A DNA stretch of 64,000 nucleotides, taken from positions 756 to 64,755 of the forward strand of contig CALRDW010000004.1 of NCBI GenBank assembly GCA_943355025.1, read 5' to 3'. The position numbers and the translations under genes were made by a program. This DNA is from Candidatus Magasanikiibacteriota bacterium (GTDB lineage: Bacteria; Patescibacteriota; Patescibacteriia; Magasanikbacterales; 2-02-FULL-50-9b). Below the pieces are notes generated by a model, which was given only the letters and a program-made list of their open reading frames with translations, was not told where the DNA came from and did no database searches. Of this stretch, positions 60,683-64,000 are shown one piece after another. Each line of letters starts with the position of its first letter. Position 1 is the stretch's first letter.

Positions 60683-61975
60683 ATGTTATATCCACATTTG
60701 CTCGCAGGCGATCCTGAGATTCATGGACTCGTCATACAAGAACTTGCACGCCGACGCGCAGGAATTGATATGATCCCGTCTGAAAATGTAACCTCGGTCG
60801 CAGTTATCGAAGCGCTTGGTACAATTTTAACGGACAAATATTCCGAGGGATATCCGCATAAACGATACTACGGCGGAAACGAATATATTGATCAGATTGA
60901 AATACTTGCAGAGGAACGTGCGAAAGCACTTTTTGGTGTAACGCACGCAAATGTGCAACCATATTCCGGCTCGCCAGCAAACCAAGCTGTGTACATGGCG
61001 CTTCTGAATCCTGGCGAAACCGTTCTTGGCCTTTCGCTTTCCTACGGCGGGCATTTGACGCACGGGCTCAAAGTAAATTTTTCTGGAATTTATTACAACG
61101 CGCTCAATTACACCACAAACGCAGAGGGTTGGATTGATTATGATGCTGTTGAGGCGCAAGCAAAAGAAGTCCGACCAAAACTTCTCATCTGCGGAACAAC
61201 AGCATATCCGCGCACGATTGATTTTGCGCGAATGGCTGCGATTGCGAAATCAGTTGACGCGTTTTTACTCGCAGATATTTCGCACATTGCCGGTCTTGTT
61301 GTCGCGGGCGCACACCCGTCTCCTGTTGGACACGCCGATGTTATAACAACAACGACGCATAAAACGCTTCGAGGGCCGCGCGGCGCCATGATTTTGTGTA
61401 ATGGCCTGCCATCAAATCCGCTCAAAGCTCCAGAGCGCACACGAGAAAATATACCGTCACTTATCGATCGCGCCGTCTTCCCTGGCTTACAAGGTGGGCC
61501 GCATAATCATCAAACAGCGGCGATTGCGGTTGCCTTAAAAAATGCAGCGACTGAAGAATTTAAAACCTACGGACACCAAATTGTAAAAAATGCGACGACG
61601 CTCGCCGCCGCACTCACGAGCAAGGGGTGTCGCCTTATTACCGGCGGAACGGACAATCACCTCATGGTCATGGACGTTACAGCGCTCGGCATTTCTGGAA
61701 GCGAAGCAGACGTTGCGCTCGGCAAGGCCGGCATTACCGTAAATAAAAACACAATTCCAAACGACCCGCGTAAACCATTTGATCCATCCGGCATTCGATT
61801 TGGCACGCCTGCTTTAACAAGTCGCGGGCTCAAAGAACCCGAGGTTGAAGAGCTTGCAGAATATATGTATAGCGCGCTCACACACCCAACAGACGCAGCA
61901 ATGCTTGCCGACATACAATCAAAAGTTACCGCGCTCGCACAAAAATTTCCTCCGTATCCTGAATTAGAAGCATAA
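60683..61975 (+). CDS. glyA: serine hydroxymethyltransferase
   Basis: KYSEGYP, GGHLTHG, TTTHKTLRGPRG, FPGLQGGP. Confidence 0.97.
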   Translation: MLYPHLLAGDPEIHGLVIQELARRRAGIDMIPSENVTSVAVIEALGTILTDKYSEGYPHKRYYGGNEYIDQIEILAEERAKALFGVTHANVQPYSGSPANQAVYMALLNPGETVLGLSLSYGGHLTHGLKVNFSGIYYNALNYTTNAEGWIDYDAVEAQAKEVRPKLLICGTTAYPRTIDFARMAAIAKSVDAFLLADISHIAGLVVAGAHPSPVGHADVITTTTHKTLRGPRGAMILCNGLPSNPLKAPERTRENIPSLIDRAVFPGLQGGPHNHQTAAIAVALKNAATEEFKTYGHQIVKNATTLAAALTSKGCRLITGGTDNHLMVMDVTALGISGSEADVALGKAGITVNKNTIPNDPRKPFDPSGIRFGTPALTSRGLKEPEVEELAEYMYSALTHPTDAAMLADIQSKVTALAQKFPPYPELEA

Positions 61976-61984
61976 CAGCGCTCT

Positions 61985-62818
61985 ATGATTTTATCAGGCA
62001 CAGAATTATCGAAACAAATCCTCGCGCGCATTAAGAACACCATCGAAGAAGAAAAAATTACACCGCGACTTGTGGTTGTGCAGGTTGGCAATGATGCTGC
62101 GAGCACGATTTATGTTAATCGTAAAACAAAAGCGGCGCAATCGGTTGGCATTGCAATCGAAACTATGTTTTTTGAAACCGCAACGACCGAAGAGCTTGTG
62201 TCAGCGATTACAGGACTCAATGAGCGTCCAGACGTTGACGCAATTTTGATTCAGCTTCCACTTCCCGCTAGCATCGACACGCAGACAGTGATTGAATCAA
62301 TGGACCCGATAAAGGATGTCGACGGTTTTCATCCGGATAATATCGCGCACTATTTATTAGGTCTCCGCGATGTCCAGCCCGTTCTGCTTCAGGCAATTTC
62401 ATGGCTCCTCAGCGCAACGCATCAAAATTTTAAAGGCAAAACTGCAGCCATTGTTGGAAAATCAGACGTTTTTCTCAAACCGCTTTCATATTTACTCGCG
62501 CTGCTTGGCATGAGCGTGCACTGGGTTAAATATGATGAACTTGCTGGCGAACCTATTCCGCCTGCCGACGTGCTTGTGGTGGCGCTTGGTCGTCCGCACG
62601 TGATCATGGCACGCGATGTTAAGCCCGGCGCAACAATTATTGATATTGGTATTTCACGAACCCCTGATGGCAAAATCGTTGGTGATGTTCAATTTGACGA
62701 AGTATCTCCAATTGCAGCATGGATTACGCCAACTCCGGGCGGCGTTGGGCCTGTAACAATCGCCGCACTCATGTGGAACACACTACTCCTTGCCTTGAAT
62801 AAGGCCGATCTCAGTTAA
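61985..62818 (+). CDS. folD: methylenetetrahydrofolate dehydrogenase/cyclohydrolase
   Basis: ILIQLPLP, KDVDGFHP, GDVQF, TPTPGGVGPVT. Confidence 0.94.
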   Translation: MILSGTELSKQILARIKNTIEEEKITPRLVVVQVGNDAASTIYVNRKTKAAQSVGIAIETMFFETATTEELVSAITGLNERPDVDAILIQLPLPASIDTQTVIESMDPIKDVDGFHPDNIAHYLLGLRDVQPVLLQAISWLLSATHQNFKGKTAAIVGKSDVFLKPLSYLLALLGMSVHWVKYDELAGEPIPPADVLVVALGRPHVIMARDVKPGATIIDIGISRTPDGKIVGDVQFDEVSPIAAWITPTPGGVGPVTIAALMWNTLLLALNKADLS

Positions 62819-64000
62819 TCCGTACAAAGGATGGAGACGCACGACCATATTTTGAGGCGAAATTAAATATTCGCCGCCAGAAATAGTTATTTTTTCAATC
62901 GTGTCTCCCCGTTTAACATTTAAAATTTCTGGAAAAGCCGCCCTGCTGCCGAGCAACGTTGTTTGAAATGTTCCGCGCGCACCTGCATTTTTTGGCACAG
63001 CAACAACTGAACCAGATGGCGTAAAATAAATATTTTGTTGAAATTCAGTTACGTGTTCTTCGGTTCCATTTTGTGATCGATATTCCCAAACTCGCTCCTC
63101 ATACGGAAAAAACCTGCCGCTTTGGTATTGACCCGCAAAATGAATAACGCCCGCGTCATCAAATTCCCATACATCGGTCTCAGGATTATTTTTTTGTCGC
63201 TCGTAAAAAAATTGCGGCTCTCCCCGATGATTATAAATAAAATATCCAAATCCTGAATTAGTGCCAAAATTAATCATTTCAGCAGGAACATGCCGCTGTC
63301 CGCGATTCTCAGAACCTTCCTCCAATTTATCCGAAACCCACCGCGCGTCATGTTTTTTTCCAAACATTCTCGCGTCAGCTGCACGCGGACTGCGATATCG
63401 CACCTCTGCCTCGGCCTCCCCGAGTTGTTCCTCGCAAAATGTTGTGAGCTCTGCCATAAATTGCGCGTCCTTGCGAGACGTACGGTCAATTGATTGTCGA
63501 TATGATGTAACGAGTCCTGCAAGCGGCTCATGCGACAGCGCAAACCGAAGCGATTGACCGTCAACAAGCGCACAAGAAATTTCCTGAATTATCGCGGTTT
63601 GTAAAATACAAACATATTCGTCCCAATCCCCGGCAACAGGAAATGGACGGCCATCAATCATGTGTGTCTTTTCCGATAATTCCCGAGGTTTAGAACGCAG
63701 AACCTGCTCGGCCGCGGCAACAGCGAGTTGAGAATCCGCCTTGAGACTCGGTGCGTATGAGCCTGTTAGCGCAAGGAGAGCATGTTCACGGAGTGATGCA
63801 TGAATAGGGGCGCGGGGCTCGTCCTGCCATTTGTCTGGAGCGCGAAACAGCTCACGTGCCAAAAAAACGGCATCATGCGAATCAAGCTTTGTCTCAACAT
63901 TCGCAAGCATTCGATCAACAAACACGTATGCCGACATGATCCGAAAGTCTTCGCGCACCTCATCAAAGTCATGATGAACCCGATTATGCGCGTCGGCGCT
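62783..64000 (-). CDS. hypothetical protein (5' end outside window)
   Basis: Frame stays open from 63958 to the window edge; no recognised motif. Confidence 0.6.
   Translation of the reverse strand, partial: SADAHNRVHHDFDEVREDFRIMSAYVFVDRMLANVETKLDSHDAVFLARELFRAPDKWQDEPRAPIHASLREHALLALTGSYAPSLKADSQLAVAAAEQVLRSKPRELSEKTHMIDGRPFPVAGDWDEYVCILQTAIIQEISCALVDGQSLRFALSHEPLAGLVTSYRQSIDRTSRKDAQFMAELTTFCEEQLGEAEAEVRYRSPRAADARMFGKKHDARWVSDKLEEGSENRGQRHVPAEMINFGTNSGFGYFIYNHRGEPQFFYERQKNNPETDVWEFDDAGVIHFAGQYQSGRFFPYEERVWEYRSQNGTEEHVTEFQQNIYFTPSGSVVAVPKNAGARGTFQTTLLGSRAAFPEILNVKRGDTIEKITISGGEYLISPQNMVVRLHPLYGLTEIGLIQGKE

Overview
A 64-kb, gene-dense chromosomal segment of a bacterium using genetic code 11 (TGA acts as a stop in several ATGA gene overlaps). 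Gene content and style suggest Patescibacteria/CPR, probably an Uhrbacteria/Magasanikbacteria-like lineage; this is inference from the pil genes, a stand-alone VirD4-like ATPase, DUF5654/DUF5663-like small proteins, secreted proteins with a repeated domain and few Shine-Dalgarno sites. Most genes are housekeeping: fmt, def, serS, lysS, cysS, gatCA, two greA paralogues, truB, rsmE, dnaG-rpoD, ligA, dnaX, glyA-folD, lgt, msrA, pyrB, plus tRNA-Asn(GTT), tRNA-Ser(GGA) and tRNA-Gln(CTG). I found no CRISPR array, prophage or IS element. The best candidate for an undescribed system is at 56.0-60.6 kb. There an Elp3 (radical SAM + GNAT) gene sits head-to-head, with abutting start codons, against a Trm9/ALKBH8-like methyltransferase, which suggests a eukaryote/archaeon-type cm5U34 to mcm5U34 wobble pathway in a bacterium. 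The same locus holds dusB, tRNA-Gln with nested tRNA-derived inverted repeats, and an unannotated 51-aa acidic protein with its own promoter and a perfect DnaA box. Other leads are an in-frame TGA inside one peptidase-like gene, a shared ECF-type promoter before two secreted Ala-rich proteins, a possible 6S-like RNA, a Cys-free MutY, a 60-aa ClpB remnant and a non-canonical pilin/prepilin-peptidase pair. All family calls come from reading motifs by eye; no searches were run.
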